DNA of 64,000 nucleotides from Rickettsiaceae bacterium (GTDB lineage Bacteria; Pseudomonadota; Alphaproteobacteria; Rickettsiales; Rickettsiaceae): NCBI GenBank assembly GCA_045106955.1, contig JBGCFO010000003.1, positions 14,430 to 78,429 of the forward strand, read 5' to 3'. Shown piece by piece: positions 63,779 to 64,000 of this stretch (position 1 is its first letter; each line of letters starts with the position of its first letter). The notes under the pieces were generated by a model. It saw only the letters and a program-made list of their open reading frames with translations, ran no database searches and was not told where the DNA came from. The position numbers and the translations under genes were made by a program.

Positions 63779-64000
63779 ATGGCAGTGAGAATTATAAAAG
63801 ATAAAAAATTTTATTTGCTGTGGCTAGCTTCAGTTTTAGGAGCTATTGCGGTTTTACCATATGCAACTGCACAAGCTAGTATCGAATTATCAACAGCTGT
63901 GCTGTTTGGAACTTTGATTCAAGCCACACTAATATATGCGGTTATTACATTTTTTGGCATCAGATTTGCCGAAAAAGCAAATTTCCAAATCACTTCATCT
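63779..64000 (+). CDS. membrane protein, N-terminal 74 codons (possibly CPBP/CAAX-type intramembrane protease; runs off window end)
   Basis: The ATG directly abuts the preceding TAA. It reads MAVRIIKDKKFYLLWLASVLGAIAVLPYATAQ...LIQATLIYAVITFFGIRFAEK with two TM helices. The catalytic motifs would lie beyond 64000, so the family is a guess. Confidence 0.35.
   Translation, partial: MAVRIIKDKKFYLLWLASVLGAIAVLPYATAQASIELSTAVLFGTLIQATLIYAVITFFGIRFAEKANFQITSS

Overview
The window is a very AT-rich, gene-dense chromosomal segment from a reduced alphaproteobacterium with an obligate-intracellular lifestyle (Rickettsiales/Holosporales-like; I cannot name the species). Supporting evidence is an ATP/ADP translocase (tlc), two ampG paralogs, a ProP-like MFS transporter, the hflK-hflC-htrA, hscB-hscA-fdx and bamA-skp arrangements, and the rpoB-rpoC end at the window start. 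About 50 of the roughly 57 features are ordinary housekeeping genes (rpoB, polA, uvrB, acnA, alaS, dnaB, trxB, lysC, nadE, ctaA/ctaG, tsaD/tsaE, kdsB and others) plus four tRNAs (Pro-UGG, Arg-CCG, Lys-UUU, Ser-GCU). There is no rRNA and no CRISPR array. Three stretches are not ordinary. (1) From the 3' end of tRNA-Ser (60447) to the window end, the sequence becomes visibly richer in G+C. It carries a tightly coupled same-strand operon: SRPBCC protein, MarR regulator, APH(9)-like phosphotransferase, a P-loop NTPase::GNAT fusion, and the start of a possible CPBP-type membrane protein. I read this as a horizontally acquired island encoding a candidate small-molecule or antibiotic modification cassette. 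(2) The accessory patch at 21.6-24.8 kb holds a 565-aa protein built from ten near-identical 29/32-aa (87/96-bp) tandem repeats, a candidate effector. Next to it are a decayed IS982-family transposase, an orphan XRE regulator and a FlbD-type sigma-54 activator. (3) At 15.1-19.5 kb there is a solitary homolog of the GTA ORFg15 (host-specificity / TIM-barrel tail) gene, interrupted by one in-frame TAA. The divergent hypothetical gene beside it keeps an open frame 71 codons upstream of any canonical start, back to an in-frame TAG. All calls come from reading the supplied translations and the DNA. No database search or computation was run.
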